Origin: Mycobacteriales bacterium | Lineage (GTDB): Bacteria; Actinomycetota; Actinomycetes; JAFAQI01 | Assembly: GCA_036269855.1 (NCBI GenBank) | Contig: DATBDO010000017.1 | Coordinates: 1 to 44,402, forward strand | Direction: 5' to 3' | DNA length: 44,402 nucleotides | Shown here: piece by piece, positions 1 to 13,074 of the stretch | Position numbering within the stretch: the first letter of the stretch is position 1 | Layout: each line of letters starts with the position of its first letter | The notes under the pieces: generated by a model | Databases searched by the model: none | Seen by the model: the letters and a program-made list of their open reading frames with translations, nothing else | Told to the model about the DNA's origin: nothing | Position numbers and translations under genes: made by a program

Positions 1-3703
<3,703 letters not shown>

Positions 3704-3870
3704 TCGATACACCCTCCTTCTCGACTGGGACTGTAACGGCGAGGCCGGCCGACCGAGGTGGCTTCCCGATAAACGCACGGGATATCGGCGATTTGGCATT
3801 GCGGTTATCCCGGAGTAGATTTCGCGGGCAATTTCCGCGCGAACATCATCGGGAATAAGAGGGCTGCGAA

Positions 3871-4215
3871 ATGGCGCAACGCGTGCAGGTAATTCTCGTG
3901 TGCGATTTGCACGACGGCGAGGTGCCCGGCACCGAAACGGTCGCCTTCGGCGTCGACGGTTCGTCGTACGAGATCGACGTGTGTGAGGACCACGGGAGGG
4001 CGTTGCGCGAGGCATTCGCGCCGTACATCGGTGCCGGCCGCCGAGCAGTTGGACGTGGCGCCCGAAGCAGCGGTGGCCGGCGCCGCGGCCGGCGCGGTGG
4101 AACCGGCGAGGCGGCCCAGATCCGGGAGTGGGCCAGAAGTCAGGGCTTGGCGGTTCCCGAACGCGGTCGGGTGCCCGCCGAGCTGGCGGAGAAGTACGCC
4201 GCTGCGCACCGCTGA
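3871..4215 (+). CDS. lsr2: Nucleoid-associated protein Lsr2
   Basis: 114 aa: MAQRVQVILVCDLHDGEVPGTETVAFGVDGSSYEIDVCEDH..., then a Gly/Arg linker, then the C-terminal IREWARSQGLAVPERGRVPAELAEKY DNA-binding motif. Directly upstream of clpC1. Confidence 0.95.
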   Translation: MAQRVQVILVCDLHDGEVPGTETVAFGVDGSSYEIDVCEDHGRALREAFAPYIGAGRRAVGRGARSSGGRRRGRRGGTGEAAQIREWARSQGLAVPERGRVPAELAEKYAAAHR

Positions 4216-4419
4216 CCGGCGCCGTTCGCTCCCAGCGGACGCGGAAATCCTGAGCGTCCGATTCGCGTTGCAGATATGAGCGTCTCGATCCGATAACCCC
4301 ACTGATGAACCCGGCTCTAGCCGGGAACGTCAGAGAGGTGAGACGAACGAGCGCAGAGGTCTAGCATGCGGTAACGGGAGCCGACCGGCTCCCCGCACCG
4401 CTTCCCGCGAGGAGCGAGC

Positions 4420-6978
4420 ATGTTCGAAAGGTTTACCGACCGCGCGAGGCGCGTTGTCGTCCTGGCCCAAGAAGAGGCCAGGATGCTTAATCACAACTAC
4501 ATCGGCACCGAGCACATCCTGCTCGGCTTGATTCATGAAGGCGAAGGCGTCGCAGCGAAAGCGCTCGAGTCTCTTGGCATCTCACTTGAAGGCGTGCGTC
4601 AGCAGGTCGAGGAAATCATCGGCCAGGGCCAGCAAGCACCGTCCGGTCACATCCCGTTCACGCCGCGCGCCAAGAAGGTCTTGGAGCTGTCGCTGCGCGA
4701 GGCGCTGCAGCTCGGTCACAACTACATCGGCACCGAGCACATCCTTCTTGGGCTGATCCGCGAGGGCGAGGGCGTTGCCGCGCAGGTGCTCGTCAAGCTC
4801 GGCGCCGACCTCAACCGGGTGCGTCAGCAGGTCATCCAGCTGCTGTCCGGTTACCAGGGCAAGGAGCCCGCTGCCGCCGGTGCCGGCGGCGAAGGGACGC
4901 CATCGACATCGCTGGTGCTCGACCAGTTCGGCCGCAACCTGACGCAGGCCGCGCGCGAGAACAAGCTCGACCCGGTCATCGGGCGCGAGAAGGAAATCGA
5001 GCGCGTGATGCAGGTTCTTTCTCGTCGTACGAAGAACAACCCCGTCCTCATCGGCGAGCCGGGTGTCGGCAAGACGGCCGTCGTCGAAGGTCTTTCGCAG
5101 GCGATCGTCAAGGGCGAGGTGCCCGAGAACCTCAAGGACAAGCAGCTCTACACGCTCGACCTCGGCGCCCTTGTCGCGGGTTCTCGTTACCGCGGCGACT
5201 TCGAAGAGCGGTTGAAGAAGGTCCTCAAGGAGATCCGCACTCGAGGCGACATCATCCTGTTCATCGACGAGATCCACACACTCGTCGGCGCCGGTGCCGC
5301 CGAAGGCGCGATCGACGCGGCGTCGATCCTCAAGCCGATGCTGGCGCGCGGTGAGCTGCAGACGATCGGTGCGACGACTCTCGACGAATACCGCAAGCAC
5401 CTCGAGAAGGACGCGGCGCTGGAGCGCCGGTTCCAGCCGATCCAGGTCGGTGAGCCTTCGCTCGCGCACACGATCGAGATCCTCAAGGGCTTGCGCGAGC
5501 GCTACGAGTCGCACCACCGCGTGTCGATCACGGACAGCGCGCTGGTCGCCGCTGCCCAGTTGGCCGACCGTTACATCTCCGACCGCTTCCTGCCGGACAA
5601 GGCGATCGACCTGATCGACGAGGCCGGCTCACGCATGCGCATCCGTCGCATGACGGCGCCGCCGGACCTCCGTGAGTTCGACGAGAAGATCGCCGCTGTT
5701 CGTCGGGAGAAGGAGAGCGCGATCGACGCGCAGGACTTCGAGAAGGCCGCGTCGTTGCGCGACAAGGAGAAGACGCTCCTCGCCGAGAAGGCCACTCGCG
5801 AGAAGGAGTGGAAGGCCGGCGACATGGACGTCGTCGCCGAGGTGACCGACGAGGAGATCGCGGAAGTTCTCGCGACCTGGACCGGCATCCCGGTCTTCAA
5901 GCTGACCGAGGAAGAGACGTCGCGACTTCTGCGCATGGAGGACGAGCTGCACAGGCGCGTCATCGGCCAGGAGCAGGCAGTCAAGGCGGTCTCGCAGGCG
6001 ATCCGCCGCACGCGCGCCGGTCTCAAGGACCCGAAGCGTCCAGGTGGGTCGTTCATCTTCGCCGGCCCATCCGGTGTCGGTAAGACCGAGCTGTCGAAGA
6101 CGCTCGCCGAGTTCTTGTTCGGTGACGAGGACGCGCTGATCCAGCTCGACATGAGCGAGTTCATGGAGAAGCACACCGTCTCGCGGCTGGTCGGGTCACC
6201 GCCCGGTTACGTCGGCTACGAAGAGGGCGGCCAGCTCACCGAGCGGGTGCGGCGCAAGCCGTTCTCGGTCGTGCTTTTCGACGAGGTCGAGAAGGCTCAC
6301 CCGGACGTCTTCAACACACTGCTTCAGGTGCTCGAAGACGGTCGGCTGACCGACGCGCAGGGTCGCACGGTCGACTTCAAGAACACCGTCATCATCATGA
6401 CGACCAACCTCGGCACCAAGGACATCGCCAAGGGGATCAACCTCGGCTTCGCCGGTGAGCAGACCGACGCGTCGTCGTACGAGCGGATGAAGACGAAGGT
6501 CACGGACGAGCTCAAGCAGCACTTCCGTCCGGAGTTCCTCAACCGCGTCGACGACACGATCGTCTTCCACCAGCTGACCGAGGAGAACATCGTCGAGATC
6601 GTCGACCTGATGATCGGCCGGGTCGACGCGCAGATGAAGAACCGCGACATGGCGATCGAGCTCACGTCCGAGGCGAAGAAACTGCTCGCGAAGAAGGGCT
6701 ACGACCCGGTCCTCGGCGCGCGGCCATTGCGACGGACGATCCAGCGGGAGATCGAGGACATGCTGTCCGAGAAGATCCTGTACGGCGAGCTTCAGGCCGG
6801 CCAGATCGTCGTCGCCGACGTCGAGGACGACCCGGATGGCGCGCCGACGCCTGATGGCACTCCCGCGCAGCGGTTCGTGTTCCGCGGCGAGACCCAGCCG
6901 GTCGCGCCGGACACGCCGCCGGTCGCGGCAGCGGGTGCGGGCACCAGCGAGAGCGAAACGGCCGCCACACCCGAATAA
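4420..6978 (+). CDS. clpC1: ATP-dependent Clp protease ATP-binding subunit ClpC1
   Basis: 852 aa. Clp_N repeats ([37 protein letters not shown], repeated). Two AAA+ modules with GEPGVGKT and [11 protein letters not shown]-like linker ([12 protein letters not shown]). SD GAGGAG lies upstream of ATG 4420. Confidence 0.97.
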   Translation: MFERFTDRARRVVVLAQEEARMLNHNYIGTEHILLGLIHEGEGVAAKALESLGISLEGVRQQVEEIIGQGQQAPSGHIPFTPRAKKVLELSLREALQLGHNYIGTEHILLGLIREGEGVAAQVLVKLGADLNRVRQQVIQLLSGYQGKEPAAAGAGGEGTPSTSLVLDQFGRNLTQAARENKLDPVIGREKEIERVMQVLSRRTKNNPVLIGEPGVGKTAVVEGLSQAIVKGEVPENLKDKQLYTLDLGALVAGSRYRGDFEERLKKVLKEIRTRGDIILFIDEIHTLVGAGAAEGAIDAASILKPMLARGELQTIGATTLDEYRKHLEKDAALERRFQPIQVGEPSLAHTIEILKGLRERYESHHRVSITDSALVAAAQLADRYISDRFLPDKAIDLIDEAGSRMRIRRMTAPPDLREFDEKIAAVRREKESAIDAQDFEKAASLRDKEKTLLAEKATREKEWKAGDMDVVAEVTDEEIAEVLATWTGIPVFKLTEEETSRLLRMEDELHRRVIGQEQAVKAVSQAIRRTRAGLKDPKRPGGSFIFAGPSGVGKTELSKTLAEFLFGDEDALIQLDMSEFMEKHTVSRLVGSPPGYVGYEEGGQLTERVRRKPFSVVLFDEVEKAHPDVFNTLLQVLEDGRLTDAQGRTVDFKNTVIIMTTNLGTKDIAKGINLGFAGEQTDASSYERMKTKVTDELKQHFRPEFLNRVDDTIVFHQLTEENIVEIVDLMIGRVDAQMKNRDMAIELTSEAKKLLAKKGYDPVLGARPLRRTIQREIEDMLSEKILYGELQAGQIVVADVEDDPDGAPTPDGTPAQRFVFRGETQPVAPDTPPVAAAGAGTSESETAATPE

Positions 6979-6990
6979 CCTGTTGAGTGC

Positions 6991-7034
6991 GACGAAATCC
7001 GGCGCCGGGACCCCCCGGAAAGCCGGATTTCGTC
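6991..7034. terminator. Strong hairpin between convergent clpC1 and GDPD genes (candidate bidirectional terminator)
   Basis: GACGAAATCCGGC (6991-7003) pairs perfectly with GCCGGATTTCGTC (7022-7034). An inner CCGGG/CCCGG stem is at 7005-7018. The structure abuts the GDPD stop codon (7035-7037). No long U-tract on either side. Confidence 0.6.
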
Positions 7035-7691
7035 TCACTCGACCTTGTCGGTGAAGACGGCGTCGATGGCCAGTCGTGCGCAGCGTTTGGTCGCCCACGG
7101 CGATTGCACGTCGTAGGCGAAGGCGAGTAGGCCGGCGTCGTGGACTCGTCGTACCCATGGTTTTGTCCACCAGGGCCAGCGCATGTTCAGAGCATCGGCG
7201 CCGGCCCGCTTGGCCCGGTCGACAATGTCGCCGCGACGTTCGACGAGTCTGAGGCTCATCGCATAAGAGCCGCTGTGGTCGAGGTGTTGCCAGCCTTCGA
7301 GCAGCCGTGGCGTTGCTCCGACGATCCACAGCCGGTCCAACGCGTCGAACGCACGGGCGACGTCGACCACGGCAGTGGCGACCTCGGGCAGCCGCACGTC
7401 GATGGCGAGATCGAAATTGGTACCGCACGACTCATAGAGCTCGGCTAACGTCGGCATATGTGCCGGGAGCTGGTCGCGGCGTACTTGCGCCATCGGCTTG
7501 TGCCTGGGCTTCGCGGCTCGCAACACCCCGTCGTGGTCGAGGACGACCTCGTCGTCGGCGGTGAGCCAGGCATCGGTCTCGAGTCCGCGAGCGCCGCGCG
7601 CAAGGGCTTCGCGGAAGGTCGCGAGTGTGTTGTCCGGACCGTGCGCGCGCCCGCCGCGATGCGCGAAGACGTAACGAAAGCCGGCACTCAT
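7035..7691 (-). CDS. Glycerophosphodiester phosphodiesterase family protein
   Basis: 218 aa. FAHRGG...GPDNTL...GLETDAWLTADDEVVLDHD motifs of the GDPD fold. Its ATG overlaps the mutY stop (ATGA at 7688-7691). Confidence 0.85.
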   Translation of the reverse strand: MSAGFRYVFAHRGGRAHGPDNTLATFREALARGARGLETDAWLTADDEVVLDHDGVLRAAKPRHKPMAQVRRDQLPAHMPTLAELYESCGTNFDLAIDVRLPEVATAVVDVARAFDALDRLWIVGATPRLLEGWQHLDHSGSYAMSLRLVERRGDIVDRAKRAGADALNMRWPWWTKPWVRRVHDAGLLAFAYDVQSPWATKRCARLAIDAVFTDKVE

Positions 7692-8548
7692 CGCGGCAGC
7701 CGGTAACTACCGCCCACGCGTTCGACCAGACCGTCAGCCACGAGACCGTCCAGCGCGCGGGCGCGTTGGGCCGCGTCCTGCCAGACTGCGTCGAGCTCGA
7801 CCGACGGGACCGGATGCGCGCTGTCGCGCACGAGGGCCAGCAGTCGGCCCCGGGCCTGCCGGTCGGTGCCGTCGTACAGCTGGGTCGGACGTCGTAGCGC
7901 AGCGGGCGGGCAACCGGCAGCCAGCCAACGACATTGCGAGGCAACCGGGCAGTCGGCGCATCGCGGCGCCCGCGCCCGGCAGACGAGCGCGCCGAGCTCC
8001 ATGACGGCGACGCTGTACGACGCCGCGGAGACCTCCGGCAGTCGCGCAAGAGCGTCGGTCCGCTCCGAAACCGTCGGAGACCCGGTCGCGTCCGCGCGGC
8101 TGTCGAAGACGCGGGCATAGACGCGCCTGACGTTGGTGTCGAGCACCGCTACCCGGCGGCCGAAGGCAAACGCGGCGATCGCAGCGGCGGTGTAAGCACC
8201 GACGCCAGGCAACGCGCGCAGGGCCGCGACGTCATCGGGGACGCCGCCGTCGTGCCGCTCGACGATGGCCATCGCGGCTGCGTGCAATCGAAGCGCGCGG
8301 CGCGGATAACCGAGCCGTCCCCAGGCCCGAACGGCCTCGCCGACCGGTTCCGCGGCCAGCGCCGCCGGCGTCGGCCACCGCCGTAGCCATGCCCGCCAAA
8401 CGGGCTCGACCCGCGCTACCGGCGTCTGTTGCAACATGAACTCGCTGACGACGATCGCCCAGGGCATCACATCCGGGCGCCGCCAGGGAAGGTCCCGCGC
8501 GTTGTCCGCGTACCACCCGATCACAGCGGCATCGAACGGCTCGCTCAT
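7688..8548 (-). CDS. mutY: A/G-specific adenine DNA glycosylase MutY
   Basis: Track ORF 7688..8959 trimmed to ATG 8548 (MSEPFDAAVIGWYADNARDLPWRR...). The upstream part is Arg/Gly-rich low-complexity sequence overlapping the divergent gene. HhH-GPD region present, and a 4Fe-4S loop CRARAPRCADCPVASQC (C-x6-C-x2-C-x5-C). Confidence 0.9.
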   Translation of the reverse strand: MSEPFDAAVIGWYADNARDLPWRRPDVMPWAIVVSEFMLQQTPVARVEPVWRAWLRRWPTPAALAAEPVGEAVRAWGRLGYPRRALRLHAAAMAIVERHDGGVPDDVAALRALPGVGAYTAAAIAAFAFGRRVAVLDTNVRRVYARVFDSRADATGSPTVSERTDALARLPEVSAASYSVAVMELGALVCRARAPRCADCPVASQCRWLAAGCPPAALRRPTQLYDGTDRQARGRLLALVRDSAHPVPSVELDAVWQDAAQRARALDGLVADGLVERVGGSYRLPR

Positions 8549-8581
8549 CGCCGGCCGATCCTCGCACGTAGCATCGCGCGG

Positions 8582-9175
8582 ATGGATCCGGGTGCAGTGT
8601 TGCGTCCGGTCGGACCTCGACCGGGACGGGTCTACTGGACCCGTCGGCTGATCGTGCTCGGGATCGTCGTTGTCGTCGTCGTACTCCTTGCTCGTGCCTG
8701 CGGCGGAGGTACGACGTCCAACGGAGCCGGGCCCGGCTCGACACCGCGGCCGAGCGCCACGACGAGCCCGACGCCCGGCCCCGTCACCGATTGCCGGAAA
8801 GTGGACCTGAGCGTCACCGCCGGCACCGACGCGGCGACCTACCCAGCCGGCGCGCTGCCGCGGTTGTCGGCGCTCGTCCGGAACGTCTCCGGCCAGCCGT
8901 GCCGGTTCCGGACCACGCCCGCACTGCGGGTCTGGACCGTCGTGTCCGGCCAGGATCAAGTCTGGACGTCAGCCGACTGCACGCAGTCCGGATCACCGGC
9001 GAAGGCCAGGTTGCGGCCGGACCGGACCATCGCCTACGCCCTCGTCTGGAACCGGCACCGCTCGGCGAAGGGCTGCCCGGCCGGCACGCCCGAGGCGGCG
9101 CCCGGTACGTACCAATTGCACGTTTCGGTGAACGGTGTCGCCGCCGCCACGGTCGTCTTCCACCTGACCGGTTGA
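8582..9175 (+). CDS. Membrane-anchored exported protein, unknown function (position equivalent to mycobacterial Rv3587c)
   Basis: Track ORF 8429..9175 trimmed to ATG 8582 (MDPGAVLRPVG...). One TM helix (LIVLGIVVVVVVLLA), a Ser/Thr/Pro linker, and a roughly 110-aa Cys-containing beta-rich domain (CRKVDLSV...NVSGQPCRF...SADCTQ...KGCPAG). Start uncertain. Confidence 0.6.
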   Translation: MDPGAVLRPVGPRPGRVYWTRRLIVLGIVVVVVVLLARACGGGTTSNGAGPGSTPRPSATTSPTPGPVTDCRKVDLSVTAGTDAATYPAGALPRLSALVRNVSGQPCRFRTTPALRVWTVVSGQDQVWTSADCTQSGSPAKARLRPDRTIAYALVWNRHRSAKGCPAGTPEAAPGTYQLHVSVNGVAAATVVFHLTG

Positions 9176-9276
9176 GCCAGGTGCTGCTCAAGCCTCCCTT
9201 CGGTAACGACGACACCTGAAACAGGGCCTGCCAGGTCCTCAGCGCTGCCTGCCCAGCTCACCGCCCGAGGTGGACC

Positions 9277-10461
9277 GTGACCGTCGTCCCACCGCCCGTC
9301 GATGCGGCGCCGGTGACCGGCGTCCCGGTGACCGGCGTCCCAGTGACGGTGGTCGTCGTCGACGACTCGGCGGTGCAGCGACGCTTCGCGCGATCCGCCA
9401 TCGAGGCGGACGGCCGCCTCACCGTGATCGGCGAGGCGCGTAATGGCCGCGACGCGGTCGCGCTCGTCGAGCGCTTGCGTCCTCAGGCCGTGCTCATGGA
9501 CCTGCACCTTCCGGTCATGAACGGCATCGAGGCCATCGAGCGGATCATGGCTACCCGCCCGACGGCGATCATCGTCTACTCGGCCTTCGTCGACGGCGAC
9601 GACCGCGCCAATGCCGCCGCCGCCCTTGCGGCCGGTGCGGTCGACGTCATGGAGAAGCCCGGTGCCGACGATGCGGGCGGGCTGGACGCCTACGCCGAGT
9701 CCCTGCGTCGGCGGCTGCGGGTCGCCGGCCGGGTCAAGGTCATCACGCATCCGCGCGCCCGTTTGGGCGGTGGGCCGCCGAGCACGCTCTCGATGCGCCG
9801 GCTCGACGGCGGTGCCCGAGTGGACCTCGCAGCCGGGCAGCCGCCCGATTCCGGTCTCGAGGGGCTCGCACCTCGGCCGGTCCGGCTCGTTGCGATCGGC
9901 GCGTCCACCGGCGGCCCGCAGGCGCTGAGCCAACTACTTGCCGAGCTGCCGGCGGACTTCGCTGCCGCCGTCGTCGTCGTTCAGCACATGGCCGAAGGCT
10001 TCATCGAAGGGTTGGCCGGCTGGCTCGACAGCACGTGCGCACTGCCGGTGTCGGTGGGGGCGAACGGACGGCGGCTGCTGCCGGGCACCGTGACCGTCGC
10101 TCCGAGCGGACTGAACCTGATCGTCCACGACCAGCTCCGGGTGACGACGCACGAGGCACCGCCGTCGCAGTACCACGTTCCCGGAATTGACGCGACCATG
10201 ATGTCCATCGCCGACTGCATCGGTCCGGGTGCGGTCGGAGTACTGCTCACGGGCATGGGTCGAGACGGCGCCGCCGGCATGAAGTGCCTGCGCGACGTCG
10301 GCGCGTTCACGATCGCGCAGGACGAGGAGACGTCCGCGGTTTACGGCATGCCCGCGGCCGCGGTCGCGATTGAAGCCGCCGACGTACAGCTCTCCATCGA
10401 TGACATCGGTCCGGCGATCCGGCGGCTCACCGCGCCGGCCGAGCAAGGGGACCCGTCGTGA
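9277..10461 (+). CDS. cheB: Chemotaxis response regulator protein-glutamate methylesterase CheB
   Basis: REC domain (VVVDDS, LMDLHLP, VYSA, MEKP) plus methylesterase domain with the Ser/His/Asp triad contexts GASTGGP, VVVQHM, GMGRDGA. GTG 9277 with GAGGTGG upstream. An alternative in-frame GTG 9343 would remove the (PVTGV)x2 repeat. Confidence 0.9.
   Translation: MTVVPPPVDAAPVTGVPVTGVPVTVVVVDDSAVQRRFARSAIEADGRLTVIGEARNGRDAVALVERLRPQAVLMDLHLPVMNGIEAIERIMATRPTAIIVYSAFVDGDDRANAAAALAAGAVDVMEKPGADDAGGLDAYAESLRRRLRVAGRVKVITHPRARLGGGPPSTLSMRRLDGGARVDLAAGQPPDSGLEGLAPRPVRLVAIGASTGGPQALSQLLAELPADFAAAVVVVQHMAEGFIEGLAGWLDSTCALPVSVGANGRRLLPGTVTVAPSGLNLIVHDQLRVTTHEAPPSQYHVPGIDATMMSIADCIGPGAVGVLLTGMGRDGAAGMKCLRDVGAFTIAQDEETSAVYGMPAAAVAIEAADVQLSIDDIGPAIRRLTAPAEQGDPS
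9311..9340 (+). repeat. Perfect 15-nt tandem duplication (CGGTGACCGGCGTCC x2, degenerate third copy to about 9349) in the cheB 5' region
   Basis: Read directly: 9311-9325 is identical to 9326-9340. In frame, it encodes PVTGV PVTGV PVT. Confidence 0.9.
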
Positions 10462-11873
10462 ACCCGGTGCCGATGTCGGACGAGCAGTACGCAGCCGTCA
10501 CGGCGTTGCTTCGCGATGCGGCCGGACTCGCGTTCGACCAGACTCGCCGCGAGTCGATCGCCTACAGCATCGGCGACCGGATGCGCGTCATGGATTGCCC
10601 GGACGTCGCGTCCTACCTGACCTTGCTCACAGGCAGCGACAACCGTGAACGCCAAGCGTTGCTCGACGAGGTGACGATCCCGGAGACACACTTCTTCCGG
10701 AACCCGCCACAGATTCGCGCGTTGCGCACGCACGTGTTGCCGGAGCTACTGCGGCAGGCGAAGCACACGAAGCGGCTGCGCATCTGGAGCGCCGGTTGTT
10801 CCACCGGTGAGGAGCCGTACACGATCGCGATGCTGATCCGCGAGCTGCTGCCCGCGAACGCCGGCTGGGACGTGCGCATCGTCGCCACCGACATCTCGAC
10901 GCGAGCACTGGCGGCCGCGCAGGAGGCTCGCTATGGCGAGCGCGCGTTCGTCATGACGGACCCGATCGACCAGCAACGGTTCTTCTACCTCGACGCAGAC
11001 CACGGGCAGTGGGTCGTCCGGGACGAGATCCGTGAGCTGGTCGAGTTCCGCCATCACAATCTCGTCACCCAGGCACCGCCCTTCACGCCGGGCGAGCTGG
11101 ATGTCGTGCTTTGCCGAAACGTCACCATCTACTTCGATCGGTCGACGACGAAGAACCTCATGAACCGGTTACACGGCTGTTTGCGCGACGGCGGCTACCT
11201 GTTCCTGGGACACGCGGAGACGCTGTGGCAGGTCAGTGATGCCTTTGCTCTGGTGCCGCTCGGCGATGCATTCGTCTATCGCCGCGGCGCGACCCCGGAG
11301 AACAAGCGCGCCGTGCTGCCCGATCGGCGCACCGAGGACGAGCCGCGGCCGACCCGGGCAGATCGGCGACGTGGACCGCTCGACCGTCGCCGGTCGTCCA
11401 CGTCGTCGACGATGCCGGCTCAACGAGTCACGTCGCCGACGGTAGGGCCGGATGCGATGGTTGCCGAGCCGGATCCGATGGTGGCGGTGCGGACTGCGGT
11501 CGCGACCGGCAACTATGTCGAAGCCGCCGACCTCGCAGCCGAGGTGACCACGGCGAGTCCGCTGCGTGCGGAGGCGCACTACCTGCACGGACTGGCTTTG
11601 ACCAACCTCGGTCTCGACTCCGACGCCCTTGTCGTGCTGCGCAAGGCGGTCTATCTCGACCCGCGCGACGGCTTCGCCCACTTCCTCTTGGGCGGCGCGC
11701 TCGAGCGCTGCGGTGAGCGGGTGGCCGCTGCGCGCTCCTATCGGGCCGCCGCAACCACGCTGGGCACCCGTCCGCTCGACAGTGTCGCGCCGGAACTCGG
11801 CGGCCGCTCGGTGGCCGAGCTGGCCGTGCTCTGCCAACGGCTCGCTCGTCGCGCCGAGGAGGCCGCGTCGTGA
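10458..11873 (+). CDS. cheR: Chemotaxis protein methyltransferase CheR with C-terminal TPR domain
   Basis: GTG 10458 overlaps the cheB stop (GTGA); alternative ATG 10473. CheR motifs ETHFFRNPPQ, LRIWSAGCSTGEEPYT, VATDIS, LCRNVTIYFD. Then an Arg/Pro-rich linker and TPR-like helices (AEAHYLHGLALTNLG..ALVVLRKAVYLDPRDGFAHFLLGGALE). Confidence 0.9.
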   Translation: MNPVPMSDEQYAAVTALLRDAAGLAFDQTRRESIAYSIGDRMRVMDCPDVASYLTLLTGSDNRERQALLDEVTIPETHFFRNPPQIRALRTHVLPELLRQAKHTKRLRIWSAGCSTGEEPYTIAMLIRELLPANAGWDVRIVATDISTRALAAAQEARYGERAFVMTDPIDQQRFFYLDADHGQWVVRDEIRELVEFRHHNLVTQAPPFTPGELDVVLCRNVTIYFDRSTTKNLMNRLHGCLRDGGYLFLGHAETLWQVSDAFALVPLGDAFVYRRGATPENKRAVLPDRRTEDEPRPTRADRRRGPLDRRRSSTSSTMPAQRVTSPTVGPDAMVAEPDPMVAVRTAVATGNYVEAADLAAEVTTASPLRAEAHYLHGLALTNLGLDSDALVVLRKAVYLDPRDGFAHFLLGGALERCGERVAAARSYRAAATTLGTRPLDSVAPELGGRSVAELAVLCQRLARRAEEAAS

Positions 11874-11911
11874 CGGTCGACCTGAAGAGGCTGCTCGACG
11901 CCGCCTGAGTC

Positions 11912-13045
11912 ATGCTGTCCGGCATGAACGTCATCCGTGATCTCGTCGGAGTCGACTTCCCGCTCTTCGCGTTCAGCCACTGCCGTGACGTCGTAGCCGC
12001 CGTGAGCCGGGCCGGTGGCTTCGGCGTGCTCGGCGGCAGCACGTTCACGCCCGACTCGCTCGAAGCGGAACTGCGCTGGATCGATGACCACGTCGACGGC
12101 AAGCCCTACGGCGTCGACATCCTCGTCCCGGAGCACCAGTTCGACACCGGCGGCATGACGATCGCCCAGCTTGCCGAGCATCTGCCGGCGGAGCATCGCG
12201 AGTTCCTGGCTCACCTACTCAAGGAGTACGACGTCGAGCTGCGGCTCGACGACGGCGGGCACAGCGACGTACCACCGGCAACGTCGCCTGAGATCGGCGA
12301 GCAGCTGATGGACGTCGCGTTCAAGCACCCCATCCGGCTCATCGCCAACGCACTGGGCATCGCGCCGGACTGGATGATCGAGCGGGGCAAGTCAGAAGGT
12401 GTTGCGGTCGCCGCACTCGTCGGCGCGAAGGAACATGCCATCCGGCAGGTCAACGCCGGCGTCGACCTCCTGGTTGCGCAAGGCACCGAGGCGGGTGGCC
12501 ACTGCGGTGAGGTGTCCACGCTCGTCGTCGTACCCGAAGTCGTGCGTGCCGTTCGTAAGGTGCGCGACGTACCTGTGCTCGCTGCGGGCGGCATCATGAC
12601 CGGCGCTCAGATGGCTGGCTGCATGGCGATGGGGGCGGCCGGCGCATGGACCGGATCCGTCTGGCTCGCGACACCTGAGTCGGAGGTGTCGGAGACGTTC
12701 CGGGAGAAGCTCGTTGCAGCCAGCTCGCGCGACACGATCCGGTCGAAGGCGCGGACCGGAAAGCCGAGTCGGCAGCTCCGGTCGGCCTGGCACGAGGCGT
12801 GGGAAGGGCCGGACAGTCCGGGCTCGCTGCCGCTGCCGCTGATGTCGATCCTCAGCACGCCGGCCTTCTCGAGCATCGACCGGGCCGCCGACGCCGGGAG
12901 CCCGAAAGCACGAGAGCTCGTCAGCTACTGGGTCGGGCAGGGCGTCGGTCTCATCGACTCGGTGAAGACCTGCGCGCAGGTTGTGCAGGACTTCATGGAG
13001 GAGTACGCCGGGGCAGTCGAACGCCTCCCCACGCTCGTCGACTGA
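11912..13045 (+). CDS. NAD(P)H-dependent flavin oxidoreductase / nitronate monooxygenase family protein
   Basis: 377 aa. FPLFAFSHCRDVVAAVSRAGGFGVLGG, GVDILVP and AQGTEAGGHCG motifs of the NMO (2-nitropropane dioxygenase-like) TIM-barrel family. Alternative ATG 11924. Confidence 0.85.
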   Translation: MLSGMNVIRDLVGVDFPLFAFSHCRDVVAAVSRAGGFGVLGGSTFTPDSLEAELRWIDDHVDGKPYGVDILVPEHQFDTGGMTIAQLAEHLPAEHREFLAHLLKEYDVELRLDDGGHSDVPPATSPEIGEQLMDVAFKHPIRLIANALGIAPDWMIERGKSEGVAVAALVGAKEHAIRQVNAGVDLLVAQGTEAGGHCGEVSTLVVVPEVVRAVRKVRDVPVLAAGGIMTGAQMAGCMAMGAAGAWTGSVWLATPESEVSETFREKLVAASSRDTIRSKARTGKPSRQLRSAWHEAWEGPDSPGSLPLPLMSILSTPAFSSIDRAADAGSPKARELVSYWVGQGVGLIDSVKTCAQVVQDFMEEYAGAVERLPTLVD

Positions 13046-13074
13046 GCGCTCGCTCGTTACGTGACGTGTGCGTT

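Noticed and set aside
4310-4393. Small hairpins between lsr2 and clpC1 (CCCGGC-TCTA-GCCGGG at 4310-4325; GGGAGCC-GACC-GGCTCCC at 4376-4393), considered as an lsr2 terminator or a ClgR-type operator.
   Set aside because: Neither hairpin is followed by a U-tract. I could not find a convincing CGC-N5-GCG ClgR-like palindrome. They are probably just 5' UTR structure of clpC1.
7688-8959. Extended N-termini offered by the ORF track for mutY (to 8959), proC (from 18113), the phosphatase-like gene (from 20238), the GNAT (from 43158), the HAD hydrolase (to 26099) and the sigma factor (to 29956).
   Set aside because: The extensions are low-complexity Arg/Gly/Pro sequence. They overlap neighbouring genes or a terminator hairpin, and they precede well-placed internal starts that match the conserved N-termini of the families.
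11870-11908. A 12-codon mini-ORF (MTVDLKRLLDAA) starting with a GTGA overlap on the cheR stop, just before the monooxygenase gene.
   Set aside because: It is too short to evaluate and has no SD. GTGA overlaps arise easily by chance in this composition.
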